The translations under genes were made by a program, and so were the position numbers. From the human T2T-CHM13v2.0 reference genome, Homo sapiens: DNA of 64,000 nt. The notes beneath the pieces are model-generated. The model saw only the letters and a list, made by a program, of their open reading frames with translations, ran no database searches and had not been told where the DNA came from. This document shows, in pieces, positions 35,296 to 51,779 of the stretch. The stretch lies in assembly GCF_009914755.1 (NCBI RefSeq), contig NC_060942.1, one strand, 5' to 3'. The number at the start of each line of letters is the position of its first letter. Positions within the stretch are counted from its first letter, which is position 1.

Positions 35296-35445
35296 ATTTT
35301 ATTATTATTTATTTTTTTTGAGATGAAGTCTCTCTCTGTCACCCAGGCTGGAGTGCAGTGGTGCGATGTCACCTCGCTGCAACTTCTGCCTCCTGGGTTC
35401 AAGCAATTCTCCTGCCTGAGCCTCCCGAGGCTACCGTGCCTGGCC
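35296..35445 (-). mobile_element. internally deleted Alu
   Basis: Both termini present; TSD tgagcagaaattctt. Confidence 0.88.
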
Positions 35446-36919
35446 GTGAGCAGAAATTCTTAACCCTTTGGAGATCATAATCCCCTGAAGAAATCTAATA
35501 AAAATCTGTGGACCCTATCCCCAGGAAAAAAGCATGTGCTCCTGAAACCAATTTATGGATAATAAAGAGCTTATCTCCCAGATTAACTTAGTACCTTTGG
35601 GCCTGACTACCTTTGTTAGCATTGATTACCATTTTCACTAGCTTAAGAATGTCATATATCTTCTGTGTAACACATTGAATATAAGTAAACTGTTCCATAG
35701 TTAAACCAATCCAGTACACAATGCTGTTATATTTTTGTATGTACACATTAAAATATAATGGTATAGCTGTCGCTTGGCATTTATGTCTGTGGAGCAAGCT
35801 ATCTAAATGTACTTTGTTCCAGTTCTAAAATCTTTTCTTGTTAATTAGAACCAGTATTCTATTAGTACAAAAAATAAAATGAAAAGTTAAAGTATGTGAA
35901 TGAAAAATCTTGAGTGCTCAAACTACATGTAATTTAAAATGTAATAGTAGTTATATACCAGACATTGTTATAAGACTTTACATGTATTATCTCCTTTAAT
36001 CATCTCAAAAAATCCTGTGAAGTTTTACAAATGAAGAAACAGTTTAAAAGGTCGAGGGAGTTTTCCAAAGTCATCAGCTTATAAGTGACGGAGGTAGGAT
36101 TCAAAACCAAGTATCCTGACTGCGAAGCCTGTGCTCTGAATAATTAAACTGTGCTGCCTCCCAAAGAGGCTGTAACTACCATATTTACTAGTATGTAAGG
36201 CACAAGGATAAAACATCACATATTTAGAAGGCTATTGGGGGATGTATGTTTTGACTAGTACACAGTTAGTTTGGTACTTCTTTTTGTAATGTTGGTTTTC
36301 ATCAAATATGTTGTGATTCTTTAGCATATTGGTAGGTCAGGTCTAACACAGTATTGGTAGCTACAATGTGTTTACTTAGCACAAAGTGAGAACCCTGTCC
36401 ATCTCCATATTCATCATCAGATTATATATTTCTTTTCCAGTGTGCAGGTAGCTTGGCCTATGGGCATTAGGCTTCCAGTGTCTCCTGGTGATCCTAAACA
36501 CTGCCCTTCATTTTGAAACTTTGAAAACAGTGGCTTCTTATGTCACTGTTTGCTCAGCCTGGTTTTCTCAGCCGATTGATGATAGTGTCCTGCTTTACTA
36601 ACCCCTGCAGTTTCTTATCTGGAGTTATCTTGGAGTTCTGATGGAAATACACTTTTTCAGAAGTCTTCTTTTTTACCAAAATAAGAATATGAGTTCTCAG
36701 TTGGTTTTTGCATTCAGTATGTTTTTGTCTGCCTTAAATCTTTGAGAAATTCTTCATTGTTCTAGTCTGTCAGTGGTATCTCTTCTGGCTTTGTGGCATT
36801 ACTACAAATTTAACTTTTATGGTTTTTGACCTGGGATTTGGAAAGGAAAGCATGTTTCTTCATTCAGCCATCTTTAACCAGAATTCCCTGTTCCTCTTGT
36901 TTCTGAACTCTTGGTAGTG

Positions 36920-37540
36920 CAAGTCCATGGTGTCTGTCTGCAATTCTGAAATCCTAAAGGCTTTGAAATTCCAAAATTTTTTCCAAAATTTATTTTTGTG
37001 ACCAATCTGATTGCCTTGAATTTACCTAGAAGCGAAACCTGACTCAAACTAATAAGAAGCTCTTTGTAATCTTAACCTTTTGTACTTGATGTGACTATTC
37101 ATAAGTTTGTTCAGTTGTGGAGTATCTGTTGGGAGGGAGAATATGTAATATTTGATATACGCCATATTGTATTTCTAAAATATGAAAAATTCTCAGCCAG
37201 GAGTGGTGGCTCATGCATGTGGTGGCTCAGCTTCCCACTTTGGGAAGCTGAGGTGGACGGATCACTTGAGCCCAGGAGTTTGAGACCAGCCTGGGCAAGA
37301 TGGCAAAACCCCATCTCTACAAAAAAATCATCCGGGCATGGTGGTGTGTGCCCATAGTTCCAGCTACTCTGGAGGCTGAGGTGGGAGGATCACCTGAGCC
37401 CGGGGAGGTAGAGGCTGCCACTGCACTCAAGTCTGGGCGACAGAGTGATACCCCATTTCAAAATAAATAAATCAAATTAAATTAAATATGAAAATTTCTT
37501 AATTCCAAAACTCATCTACCCCAGATAAAGGACTGTAGGC
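36920..37540. mobile_element. MER46C-like Tigger element with nested Alu (37195-37480, +)
   Basis: tgcaattctgaaatcc...aaacctgactcaaact...gataaaggactgtagg; Alu TSD aaatatgaaaa. Confidence 0.55.
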
Positions 37541-37822
37541 TTTTGTGCCACATTGGACTTAGGAAGACCTCATAGTGTAAATGCATTTTTGAGAGGAACT
37601 AGAAAGTTTCTAGGAATAATGGTAGATTTGATTTTTGTTTTATATTTGAGTTTATGGACATGATGAAGATAGAGTTGGAAGGTATGGGTTGAAGAGGAAA
37701 GTAAATGAAAATGAAAAGACATTTCTATTGTAGAAACAATGTGTAACTCATAATGATGTCTTTTTATTTCATCTTTAATATGCATTGACTAAAAAAATAC
37801 TGTATTTTATCTCAAAATTTAG

Positions 37823-37937
37823 GGACGGAAAGCAAAAATAGATAGTTATCAGGAACCATTTACTCACTCAGCCCCAGAGAGCATACCTGATACTTTTGAA
37901 GATGCAGTGAATATACTGAAGCCTTCAACTATAATTG
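37823..37937 (+). CDS. ME2: ME2 exon 11
   Basis: atttag|GGA; [38 protein letters not shown]; G|gtaggt; 115 nt; Q362. Confidence 0.96.
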
Positions 37938-38404
37938 GTAGGTAAAGTTTTTCTGATAAATAATTTTACTCCCTAACTGTATGTTGCCAGTCATCATTAC
38001 CATGTAGGATTACTAAAAATGAATTGGCAGTTTTACCTAGCTTTCAGCATGTACAATGTTTTCTGTGATAACTTTTTGGTTACCATGCATGAAATTCAGT
38101 TACCAGATGTTGCTTTATACTTTTAGGTCCTAGACACTGTGTAGTCGATCATGATTTGCTTTTAGAGTTGGTATGACTGTTGGACTCAAAACATGAAAAA
38201 AACCAAAGCCATTTGCAGATTTTACCAGGAAAATTCTATGCAGACTCAAAGTTTTCGTGGACAACAAAGCTGAAAACTTTGAGTGTGTTTTGAATCAGGC
38301 ATTGCATAGATGCCATCAGACTATGTCATCATGGCATTACATTCTCAGCAGAAAATGTAAAAGTGTTTAAAAGAGGAGCTATTTAATTTGCTGTATAGCT
38401 GTAA

Positions 38405-38700
38405 GTTTTTTTGTTTTCTTGTTTTTTGTTTTTTTTTTTGAGACAGAGTCTCACTCTGTCACTCAAGCTGGAGTTGGCTCACTGCAACTTCCACCTCCCG
38501 GGTTCAAGCAATTCTCTTGCCCCAGCCTCCCAAGTAGCTGGGATTACAGGTACCCACCACCACGCCCAGCTAATTTTTGTAATTTTAGTAGAGATGGGGT
38601 TTCACCATGTTGACCAGGCTGGTCTTGAACTCCTGACCTCAGGTGATCCACCTGCCTCGGCGGGTGAGACTCCATCTCAAAAAATAAATAAATAAAAATA
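38405..38700. mobile_element. reverse Alu (38405-38661) fused to the 3' end of a forward Alu (38664-38700)
   Basis: ...cctgcctcggc gg gtgagactccatctcaaaaaataaata. Confidence 0.85.
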
Positions 38701-38902
38701 AACAACCCCCCATTTTCCCCACTCCCCACCCCCTAACAACCACCATTCTACTTTTTGTCTCTATGAATTTAACTACCTCATATAAATGGAATGACATGGT
38801 ATTTTTCTCTTTGTGACTGGCTAATTTTATTTAGCATAATGTCAAGTTTCATCCATGTGGTAGCAAGTTTTATCTTCCCAATTAGAGTGATGAAGATAGT
38901 CA

Positions 38903-39241
<339 letters not shown>

Positions 39242-39449
39242 TTACTATGTGTATAGTAGACAATAAATATTTAAGTGAGAACTTTCAGCATCTTACTGTT
39301 TTTTCTTTTCAGATTTGAGATTGTGTTCTCATAGATTTTGCATTGCTGAGATAGTGCTATCTTTGTAATGAGATATTACCTGTGTTTTTATTATTGTAGG
39401 CCTATTGTAGAAATGCTATTGATAAGCATTGCTTTTATACCTATAATGA

Positions 39450-39638
<189 letters not shown>

Positions 39639-39689
39639 TGAATTGATATGTATATTATTTTCCCTCCACTAGCTTATTAGTTATACATT

Positions 39690-40560
39690 CTTACACCATT
39701 GTTCTAATGGTTTCCCTAGAGATTACAGCATGCATCTATGGGTGATCAAAGTCTGATATTAATTATTGCTTATACCAATTATGGGAAACAGGTACTTTAT
39801 AACTCCACTGTAATGCCCTCACACTGTTTGCACTATTGTTGTGAATTTTAATTTTCTATGTATTTTAAACTCAAAATACATTATTGTTATATTTTACAAA
39901 AATTATTCAGATTTACCTACACTTTAATTTATTTATCACTATTCTTCCTGCAAGTGCTTCTACCTAGGATCATTTTCCTTCTACCAGAAGAATTCCTTTA
40001 TTTAAGTGTAGGTCTAATGAATTCTCTTGGTAATTTATTTTGCCTTCATTTTGAAGGATATTTTCACTCTGCATAGACGTAAAAGTTGGTAAATACTTGA
40101 GCATTTTGAAGATATCATTTTACTGTTTTCTGACTTTTGTTTTCTTTTTGATGATATAGCATTGTCTTAGGTTTTTAACAGTTTGACTATGGCGGACATA
40201 TGCGTGGTTTTCTTTGTATTTATTCCACATGGGGATTATACTGCTCCTGAATCTATGGCTTGATGTCTGTTTTTGGTTTTTGTTTTTTCTGTTTTGAAAA
40301 AATATCAGCCAGTATCTCTACTTTGGCCACATTGTCTCTCTCATCTTATGGGACTCTAATTATATGGTTAGAGATATATCTCATTTATCTTTTACACTGT
40401 TTTCTATATTTACTATCTCTCTTGCTTTCTGTGTTTCAATCTGGTGATTTCCTTTGGCCCTATTTTCCAGTTTGCAGATTCTCTGTTCAGCTGTGCTCAT
40501 CTGTTGTTAGGTTCTTAATTTTAGTTGCTGTATTTTTTCATTTGTAGAATTTGTGTTTTA
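39690..40560 (-). mobile_element. old L1M fragment
   Basis: ccctagagattacagcatgcatc, ttgccttcattttgaaggatattttcact, cagtttgactatg. Confidence 0.55.
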
Positions 40561-41143
40561 TCTGTATAGTAATTTATTAATTTAGTAACAGACTTAAAAT
40601 CATGTACTGTAGAAATAATCAATCTCTAAATACTGCTTTCTTGTACTCACATTTCATGAAACTTTTTACTCTCTTCAAATGCATCTTCACCATCAGTGTT
40701 TGTCTTTTCTAAGGCTGTTTTTTTTGAGTCATCTGGCGCTGTGGAGAACAAATTTTTATTTACATCCGAACTGTTTAAGATTCACTACTTTTAGATCTTT
40801 GACACTACCACGGGATTATAGCCCAATTACAAATATCTGCCTATAAATCACTTGACATTTGGGTTTTTTTCCTACCATTCTGTAAGGATGTAGTTGTAAT
40901 CTCCACAATTACTTTCTATATTGTTGTGGTAAGTGATCTAAGTGGCTCTAGGAAGTGATTTTTAAAGGCTTGTTTACAATGATGTCTAGCAGCTATAATT
41001 GCTAGACTACATCCTTGAGAGTAAGTAATAAATCTGATACATTTTTTTAATCTTCACTCCTTTAAAACAACGTTTTTTATAGTAGAAAAGTATTACAGTG
41101 TATCTCTCAAAAGCTAAGGATTCTTTTAAAAATATAACCACAG

Positions 41144-41533
<390 letters not shown>

Positions 41534-41541
41534 TCATTTAA

Positions 41542-41847
41542 TTTTTTTTTTTTTTTTTTTTTGAGACAGGGTCTCTCTTGGTTGCCCAGGCTGGAGTGTA
41601 GTGGCACAGTCATAGCTCACTGCAGACTCCAATTCCTGGCTCAAGTAATCCTCTTGCCTCAGCTTCCTCAGTAGCTGGGACTACAGGCAAATACCACCAC
41701 ACCCAGCTAATTTTTTAATTTTTATTTTTGTAGAGACAAGGTCTTGCTTTGTTGGCCAGGCTGGTCTCAAATTGCTGACCTCAAGTGATCCCCTGCCTCA
41801 GCCTCCCAAAGTGCTGGGATTACAGACATGAGCCACTGTGCCCCACC
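41542..41847 (-). mobile_element. Alu (AluJ-like)
   Basis: Reverse dimer. Confidence 0.9.
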
Positions 41848-41971
41848 TAATTTCTTGAATATGTGAATTGCAATTAAAATTTTCTGATGGTAACAAATAT
41901 CTCACTCATTTTTATTATCTATCTTTTGTTCTGTCTTGGTTATCAGGTTTGTTTGTAAGGCTAATTTGTCC

Positions 41972-42266
<295 letters not shown>

Positions 42267-42926
42267 CTGTTTTTGTTTTTCTTAATTGAGTGATGGATAG
42301 TGTAGAAAAAGAACTATAGCAATAATTTAAGGCTGTGGATAAAGTTATTTTTGGAGAAAGGGACTTTACTTTTTCAAGTAGATCGCCATAATCCAGTCAG
42401 GATGTGGTCCACATGAGGCCTGGGGTATTTCCAGTTTGCCCTTTCTCCTGATATCCACCCCTTTGGGTATGAATCATCAAAAGTCCTGAGGTATTTATCA
42501 GCACCTCTCATCCTTAACGGTCCCTGAACATCCATTTTCCTCTCTGTCATCATGAGACTTTGGGTGGCTTTGCTGTTCAGGGTCTCAGTCACAGCTTTTG
42601 ATTTGGAAATCAGCAGTCATCTTGAGGGGAAGAGCTTCAAATGCTAGGCTCATATATCTTGCTTCCCTCTTCTTTTGAATCTTGGAAACCTCTCTTCCCC
42701 AACACCAAACTCTCACTATCTTGTTAGGTCTCTGCTTGCTTACAAAAATTTTTAAAAATGTATTTTATCTGGTTTTTTAAATTGTAACCAGAGGAAAATT
42801 TGGTATGAAACAACCCAGAAAATCATTGCCAAAGCAGAACTCTCAGAACTTCCTGAACTTAATATTCATACTTTTGATATATTTGGCATTCTTTTTTTTT
42901 TTTTTCCCATTGTTAAACACTGTGTA

Positions 42927-43245
42927 GGCCAGGCACAGTGGTTCATGCCTGTAATCCCAGCACTTTGGAATGCCAAGGTGGGCAGACCACTTGAGGCCAG
43001 GAGTTCAAGATCTGCCTGGCCAACTAAAAATACAGGTGAAACCCTGTCTCTACTAAAAATACAAAAAAATTAGCCAGGTGTGGTGGCTCACACCTGTAGT
43101 CCCAGCTACTCAGGAGGCTGAGGCTGGAGAATAGTCTGAACCCAGGAGGCAGAGGCTGTGTGAGCCAAGATCGTGCCACTGCACTCCAGCCTGGGCAACA
43201 GAGCAAGACTGTCTCAAAAAAAAAAAAAAAAACCAACAAAAAAAC
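42927..43245 (+). mobile_element. Alu
   Basis: Dimer with an extra copy of actaaaaataca near 43023. Confidence 0.9.
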
Positions 43246-43764
43246 AACCTTTATGTTGACACATGTATTCTCTCAAAATTCCTTTTTGACCTTTTTGACC
43301 ACTCCGTTAGTCAAAATAAATTCTCATGACTGTTAGTTTCCAATTGATATAATAATTATTGAAATCTCTTCTTCTAAATCAATCACAAAATCACCATACA
43401 GATATTTAAAAATTAGTCTCTTTAGTATACTGTCTTATCTTTTTATTACTTTTAGCTTGATTGCCTGTCCTCTTCACCAGGTTTTACTACTTAAAACTAA
43501 TGGTTATTGTTCCCCAAATTAAATCTTAGTCTTCTACAATGACTCTTGGGTAAATATATTAAATGCATCATGGATCGTTGACATTTCCAAAATATAAAAA
43601 ATTTAAGTGTTTCGAGTAGTAGTGGTATATCACCAGAAGACTGCTCATTTAAGAATTTTGTTTTTTGTATAAATATTATTGTAATAAATGTACTTTATTG
43701 GAATAAATAAAAATTCCCCAAGGAGACTAGTTTGATATACTATATTTCATCAGTTTTAAGATCA

Positions 43765-44026
<262 letters not shown>

Positions 44027-45391
44027 TTACTTTTACATAAATTCTTTCTTAGTGTTACATGAAATAATGGCATAGAATTTTGACTAGTCGTCACCTGTTA
44101 AATTTTTAGTCCCATTTTGTTTTCACCAGGGAGGTGTTACTCCAACACCGTTTGCTGCTCAGCGAGAAAAATACTCTAAAAAAAAATCTTCATAGTTGAA
44201 TTGCCAGCTGCTTACATAGACCAAGTTGGACTTCAGAATAAGAATATACTATTATCATTAAAACCTGGCCACGTTTAAGCCATGGATTAATTATTGAGTT
44301 AAATGGGCAGGGAGGCAGGGATGGTGACCTGGAGAACGTGAACTGCTATAGAATCTTGTCATTATTGAAGAGATTCCCAAGATCTTTCTAAATTTCCAAA
44401 CTTACTGATACCATGAGAACATTTTTTCCATGATGTGCTATATTGTATAATCTACCTTATAAGACTATTAAAATTAATGGTGCCAGAAAAATAATTATGT
44501 ACTTATTGTGATAACATGTATGACATTAACCATGAACTAACCTTAATCATCAAAGAAACAAAATTTTTAGTCACAAGTAATGTTTAGAACAGATAGATAA
44601 TTGTAATAGCTATCCATAGAATAGGTAGAAAATGATATAACAATATAGAGTTGCAAGTCTAAGATAGTCAGCTGTGCCCTACTAGCATAGTTAGCTTGCT
44701 TCTACTCTTAAACCTTGTATCATTTTGAAATGGAAAGTATGTCTTGTAAAAGTAGTGGTTACTCTGCATTATTGACCTTCAGATTACCTGGAGTCAAATT
44801 CTTGAATGTTAAATCCACTAAAGCCAAGGGTCTACAATGCTATAAAGAATAATAACACAATTAATTCTCTTAGAAATACTGAATATGCCAGTAACATTTA
44901 TTATATGCCATTATAGAGCATAGTATCAAAATTGGATAGATGTGACAAATTTGGAGAAGTATTCTTCTTTAACAAGGCATCAGGCCATTTGTTTTCCTGG
45001 AGTGATACTGTGGTCATGCCACATGCCTGTGTTATAAACTGCCTACTGCTGGGTATTATAGCATCATTGAAAACCTGTGGCTATGGAGTTACAAAAAAAT
45101 CTAGATTAAGATTTAACTACTACAGTTTTGATGTGTGACTTTTGACAAAGTATTTGAAAATATTAAAGCCTTAGTTTTCTGATTTTTTAAAATTAGTGAA
45201 ATGGAGATGATGATGAAGTTTTCATGATGGCAAAATTAACTGAGTTAAACACATATAAAGCACTTGGTAATTAGTTTTAGCGGATATATAGTAAATGACA
45301 GCCATTTGTTTTGGTATTTCCCCTTCATTCATCGGTGTTTATATTGGTCTTTATAATATGGAATGGTATTTATTGGCCGTCTACATTTTAA

Positions 45392-45713
<322 letters not shown>

Positions 45714-45985
45714 TTAAATTTCTTAAAAATAAGTGTCTGGTTTTTAAATTTTTAGTAATAAATGATTTTTAACTTTATTATTTATTTATTGAATGTATAC
45801 TACACATGAAACAAACCTCATTCTAACAAAAGGATTGTAACGAAAAGATTGTTATATAGTATATTATGCCTTGCTTCCAAGTAATATATTGGTCTATTTT
45901 ACTTCAGGACTTGATTTTGTATGAATTCACCTCAATTTTCTCATCCACAGAAAATAACAAAATTGAAGTTATTTCATTTTATTAA

Positions 45986-46177
<192 letters not shown>

Positions 46178-46476
46178 TGAGCAACAGTATTACAGAATTT
46201 TGGTATAAATGTACAAGGAAACTCAAGGAATTCATCAAATTCAGCATGCTCCACTTTCTCTGAAAATTTATTCATATTGTTAATTAAATTTGTTTTTATT
46301 ATAGAAATAATATATTGCATGATTTGTAAAAATGCAGAGGAACAGAATGGCACAAAATTATGTAACCCTTTCTATCTCCCCTTGGTGTACCTCCTTAATC
46401 ATACTTCTCAGAACCATTGTCAATAATTTGCTGGGAGTTCTTCTGATGGTTACCATCGTGACTGATAGATTTATTT

Positions 46477-46677
46477 CCCAGGTTCAAGCAGTTCCCCTGC
46501 CTCAGCCTCCCGAGTATCTGGGACTACAGGCATGCACCACCACACTCAGCTAATTTTTGTATTTTTAGTAGAGATGGGGTTTCACCATGTTGACCAGGCT
46601 GGTCTCGAACTCCTGACCTCAGGTGTTCTGCCCATCCCAAAGTGCTGGGATTACAGGTGTGAGCCACCACGCCCAGC
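46477..46677 (-). mobile_element. partial Alu
   Basis: Lacks tail end. Confidence 0.85.
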
Positions 46678-47386
46678 CAGGTGTTCTTATTTTGTAAGAT
46701 ACACCCAGTATACTGGTATCACACCAAAGGAAATTAATAATAATTGCTTAATATCGTTTATCATTACCTCAGTTCAACAACTTATTTTTATTCCCAATAC
46801 CTTTTTTATTCTAGAATTGCTCTTTCTAAATAGCTACTTTTAAAGCAAAAATGGTTACAGTACTCATTGAGCTTTTTCTGGAGAATTATTAGGATTCCTT
46901 TCAATGTTTCTGCCTTTGTGCTGTATTTTCCATAAATTTCTAGTGATCCTCAGTTGTCTCTTTCTTTTAAGCAAGACTGTGTTGAGTAAAACAGGAATTT
47001 TGTATGATTTTCTTTTGCACTTGTGTCTTTTTTCTTCTGGTAGGTCTTTCCCTGACTAGCTGACAGCAGGCTCTAATTAAGATATGACAAGTTTATATAG
47101 GCTGGCATCAGGCAAGCATGTATAACTGTTGTCAAAGTAAAGAGGGTATTTAGTCTGTGAATATCCTGGTACTTTTCTATATTTTTCTCCTTTTTTTTGC
47201 CCCTCATGTTTTCCTATATGTCTCTTGAGACCTAACTTCTATAATAGAAACTGTCCTGTCATCCATAATCTCTTTCTAGAACTTGATAATGTTCAAAATT
47301 AATGTGTTCTATTCAGTAACATTTCTATGGCCTAAAAGACATGAGGGCAGGAAAGGAAATACTTTTCTGCTGATTTTAACAAAGCT

Positions 47387-47960
47387 ATTTTTTTAAACTT
47401 TTTTTTTTTAGTTCCAGGGGTACATATGAAGGTTTGTTATATAGGTAAATTGTGTGTTGCAGGGGGTTTCATGTGTAGATTATTTCATCACCCGGGTAAT
47501 AAGCATGCTACCCGATAGGTAGTTGTTTGATCCTTACCCTCTTCCCGCCCTCTACCCTTAAGTAGGCCCCAGTGTCTGTTGTTCCCTTCTTTGTGTCCAT
47601 GAGTTCTTATCACTTAGCTCCACTTGCAAGTGAGAACATACGGCATTTGGTTTTCTGTTCCTGTGTTAGTTCACTTAGGATAATAGCCTCCAGCTCCATG
47701 CATGTTACTGCAAAGGACGTGATCTCATTCATTTTTTTGGCTGCATAGTATTTTTTTTTATTTATACACATGGTGTATATGTGCCACATTTACTTTATCC
47801 AGTTTACCATTGATGGGCATTTAGATTAATTCTATGTCTTTACTATTGTGAATAGTGCTGCAGTGAACATACACATGCATGTGTCTTTATGGTAGAATGA
47901 TTTATATTCCTTTGAGTATATACCCAATAATAGGATTGCTGGGTCGAATGGTTGTTCTAA
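47387..47960 (-). mobile_element. L1PA/PB-type 3' end
   Basis: ggggtacatatgaaggtttgttatataggtaaa...agtgagaacatacggcatttggttttctgttcctg...ggattgctgggtcgaatgg. Confidence 0.88.
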
Positions 47961-48094
47961 ATTCAGCAAAACCATATTTTATATCATATCTGAGTATTAA
48001 GGAATTTAGCAGTTGATTATTTTTATATAACACTTTAAAATCCTAACTTAAATAACAGCTATGGATACCATAAATATAGACATTAAAAATGACC

Positions 48095-48495
<401 letters not shown>

Positions 48496-49191
48496 CTAGT
48501 TGAGCAACTATAACAACCGGATGAAAATTTTTTTTAAGACTTTAAAAGGGTCAAAGGGATAAGATATTGACTCTAATGGAATATTGGAGAATTCTGGACC
48601 AAGGTTAGGGAGGGAACAAATGCACAGAACAAGCTTTTGAAGCCAGTTTTACAGTGGAAATATAGACCAGGAAGAAAGTGGCTAAGAGGTACAGCTGTGC
48701 TTTTCATGGAAAGTGGACAAGATCGGCACCATGTCCGAGTCTGGCACTACCTCCCACTCTGGACTGAAACCCTAAAGTGCTGTACCTTGGATTGGGGGTA
48801 TAGTTTGCAGCAGCAATGGGTGATTTAGAAAACCTCAAGCCTCTGTTCGGGACTGCCAGTGCCCACAAGTGCCCAGCGGAAGCAAACAAAAATTTCTCTG
48901 AAATAAGATAATGGCATCCTAGTCCTCAAATTATTTTTATAAATTTTCAAGTACAACCTAAGTAGAAAAATAAAAAAAAAGATAATGAGGCACATAAAGA
49001 GACATAACAACAGAAGCCAAAACCAGCAAAAACAAGAAAAACAGACACACTGAAACCCTGGATATACCGTAAATGCTATGAAACAAATATGCTTATTATG
49101 TTTATAGAGATAAAAGCCAATCTTGAAAACTTAAGACAAGTACCACTAAATTCTAGAATTGAAAAATGTAGTAGTCTATAAGAACTGAGTG

Positions 49192-49506
49192 AGCTGGGTG
49201 TAGTGGCTCATGCCTGTAATCCCAGCACTTTGCGAGACCAAGGTGGAAGAATTGCTTGAGCCCAGGAGTTTGAGACCAGCCCTGGCAACGTAGTGAGACC
49301 CCCATCTCTATAAAATTAAAAAAAAAAAAAAAAATTAGCCAGGCATAGTGGCATATGCCTGTAGTCCTAGCTATTCAGGAGGCTGAGATGGGAAGATCAC
49401 TCGAGCTTGGGAGGTCAAGGCTGGAGTGAGTCATGATTGGGCCACTGCACTCCAGCCTGGGTGACAGAGCAAGACCCTGTCTCAAAAAAAAAAAAAAAAA
49501 AAAAAA
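49192..49506 (+). mobile_element. Alu (AluJ-like)
   Basis: Dimer. Confidence 0.9.
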
Positions 49507-50377
49507 GAGTGAATGTGGCTTATGGCAGATTAGACCAGAGAGAATTAATCAACTGGAAAATATCTCAGAAGAAACAATCCAGAATGCAGCACAGAGAGAC
49601 CAAAAAGAAAAAAAAATAGGTAAGGGACATACATTTCATTGATAGATCTTTAATTGAAGTCCTAGAAGAAATGAGAATGAAGCAGAGGCAACATGTGCCG
49701 GCCTCATGGCTGAGTTTTTTTTTTAGAACTGGTGATTGACAATCAATATTCAAAAAGCTCACAGAAACCCATGTGGGATGCATAAAAAGAAATCTACATC
49801 TAGGAACATTATTGTGAGGCTTCAGAATCACCACAAAGAGAAGAATATGAAAGCAGTCAGAACAAAAAGATTTCCTTCAAAGAAGCGACCGTTAGACTGA
49901 CAGCAGACTCCTCAGTGACAATAAGATACCAAGGCAGTGGTAATGACCTATTAAAGTTGCTTATGGGAAATACTTGCCAACCTAGAATTCATTACACAGT
50001 GAAAATATCCTTCAAGAATTAAAGCAAAATGAAGACATTTTTCAGAAAAACAAAAAACCGGGGATTCACCACCTGGCAGACTGTTTTTATATTAAAGGAA
50101 AGGAAATTTTGTTCCTTAGGGAAAAAGAAAATAATCCCACATAGAAACCCTAAGGTGTAGGAAGGAATGAAAAGCAAAGAAAGTTATGAATAAGTGGGTG
50201 GGTACAACAAAATGAATGTTGTTTATATAGAGTGAAACAAACATCACATGGGATTTTGAAAAATATATATAGAGAGAATTAAAATGCACAACAACAATAG
50301 CTCCGTTAAATAGAGTTAAGCTGTTATGTGGGACTTACATTGATTGACAGGAAGGTAAATTAAAAATTATAATGTGG

Positions 50378-50673
50378 AGCTGGGGACATTGGCTCACACC
50401 CATAATCCCAGCACTTTGGGATGTCAAGATGGGAGGATCACTTGAGGCCAAGAGTTTGAGACTAGCCCTGGCAACATAGGGAGACTCTGTCTCTACACAC
50501 ACAAAAAAAATTTAACTAGCCAGGTGTGGTGACATGTGCCTGTAGTCCCAGCTACTCCAGACACCGAGGACAGATGATCACTTGAGCCTAGGAGTTTGAG
50601 GTTACAGCAAGCTTTGGTCGTGCCACAGCACTGTAGCCTGGGCAATAGAGCGAGACCCTGTCTCAAAAAAAAA
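50378..50673 (+). mobile_element. Alu (AluJ-like)
   Basis: Dimer. Confidence 0.88.
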
Positions 50674-51779
50674 TTTAATGTAGAACGTTGGTGGTTAAAG
50701 ATGCATGATATAAATTTTAGGATAACCATTAAAACACTACAAAGACTTCCTGTTTATGGTAAGGTAATGTTGGGATGAAATGAAACAACAAAAATCCGAA
50801 AAGCAAGAAAAAAGAGGAAAAGGAACATAGGCAAGACAAGATGAGATGAGAGTGATGAGACTAAATGTTTGGGGGCTAAATCTGCCCCAATTACTTGAAA
50901 AAAAAAAAACTAAAAGTAAAAGTAAAAACCACATTAAATCTAAATGGACCACATTCTCTACTTAAAAAAATGCTATTAACCATGTGATCTTCTCAGTCAT
51001 GAGGTAATCTGGTGACTACCCTTCCTCAAAGCCAGTTGGGATATTCTTTGAATAGAGTAAAACAGTGTTTCTAGGCTGGGAGACACCAGACATAGTTGAG
51101 GACAGAGGTGCTAGAAAATAGGAAGTTTAAAAGCATGTGCGGTGATGCTCAGAGGAGGTAAACCCCACCCTCATGCTCATAGCTTCCAATCATTTTCTCT
51201 AGTTCTTAACTCTTAAATGTGAGAAATGCTTGAAGATTACTAGTCATCTGAAGAAAGTCTCTTTATTAAAGATTTTCATAAAAGAGACCAAAGCAGACAA
51301 ACAGAAAAAGACATCTTGGGGAAAAAAACAAGGATAATGGGAAGAGAAGGAAAGTTTTAAAAATTATCAATATCCTCAGGGGGACAAAATATTATATCCT
51401 ATAAAGACAGATTTTTATTTTTTAAAAAAATAGAAAGCAAAACAAGCTCCTAAAAATAAAGTTTGATAGCAGAAAGAAGAAAAAGATGAGTTAAGTCACC
51501 TAAAAAGAGAGCAAAGGACAGGAGAAGGAAAATAAAGAAAATTAGAGAGCCAATCCAAGAGGTACAACATCAGAAAATATAAATGTCAGGGAACAAGAAC
51601 AGAAAAATGGAGGGAAGTGAATCCTCAAGACTTCATGAACATTTCCCAAAACTGAAAGACTCGTGTTTTCAGATAGGAAGCGCCTACTCACTGAATGCTA
51701 AACATGATGAATTAAAATAATGCACATCAAGGCACAGTGTTATGAAATTGTAGACCGTTAGGTATAAAAATAAGGATCT

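Noticed and set aside
47085-47125. p53-like half-sites (tgacaagttt, aggcaagcat) in intron 13
   Set aside because: Imperfect and widely spaced; although p53 regulation of ME2 is reported, I cannot assign a site from sequence alone.
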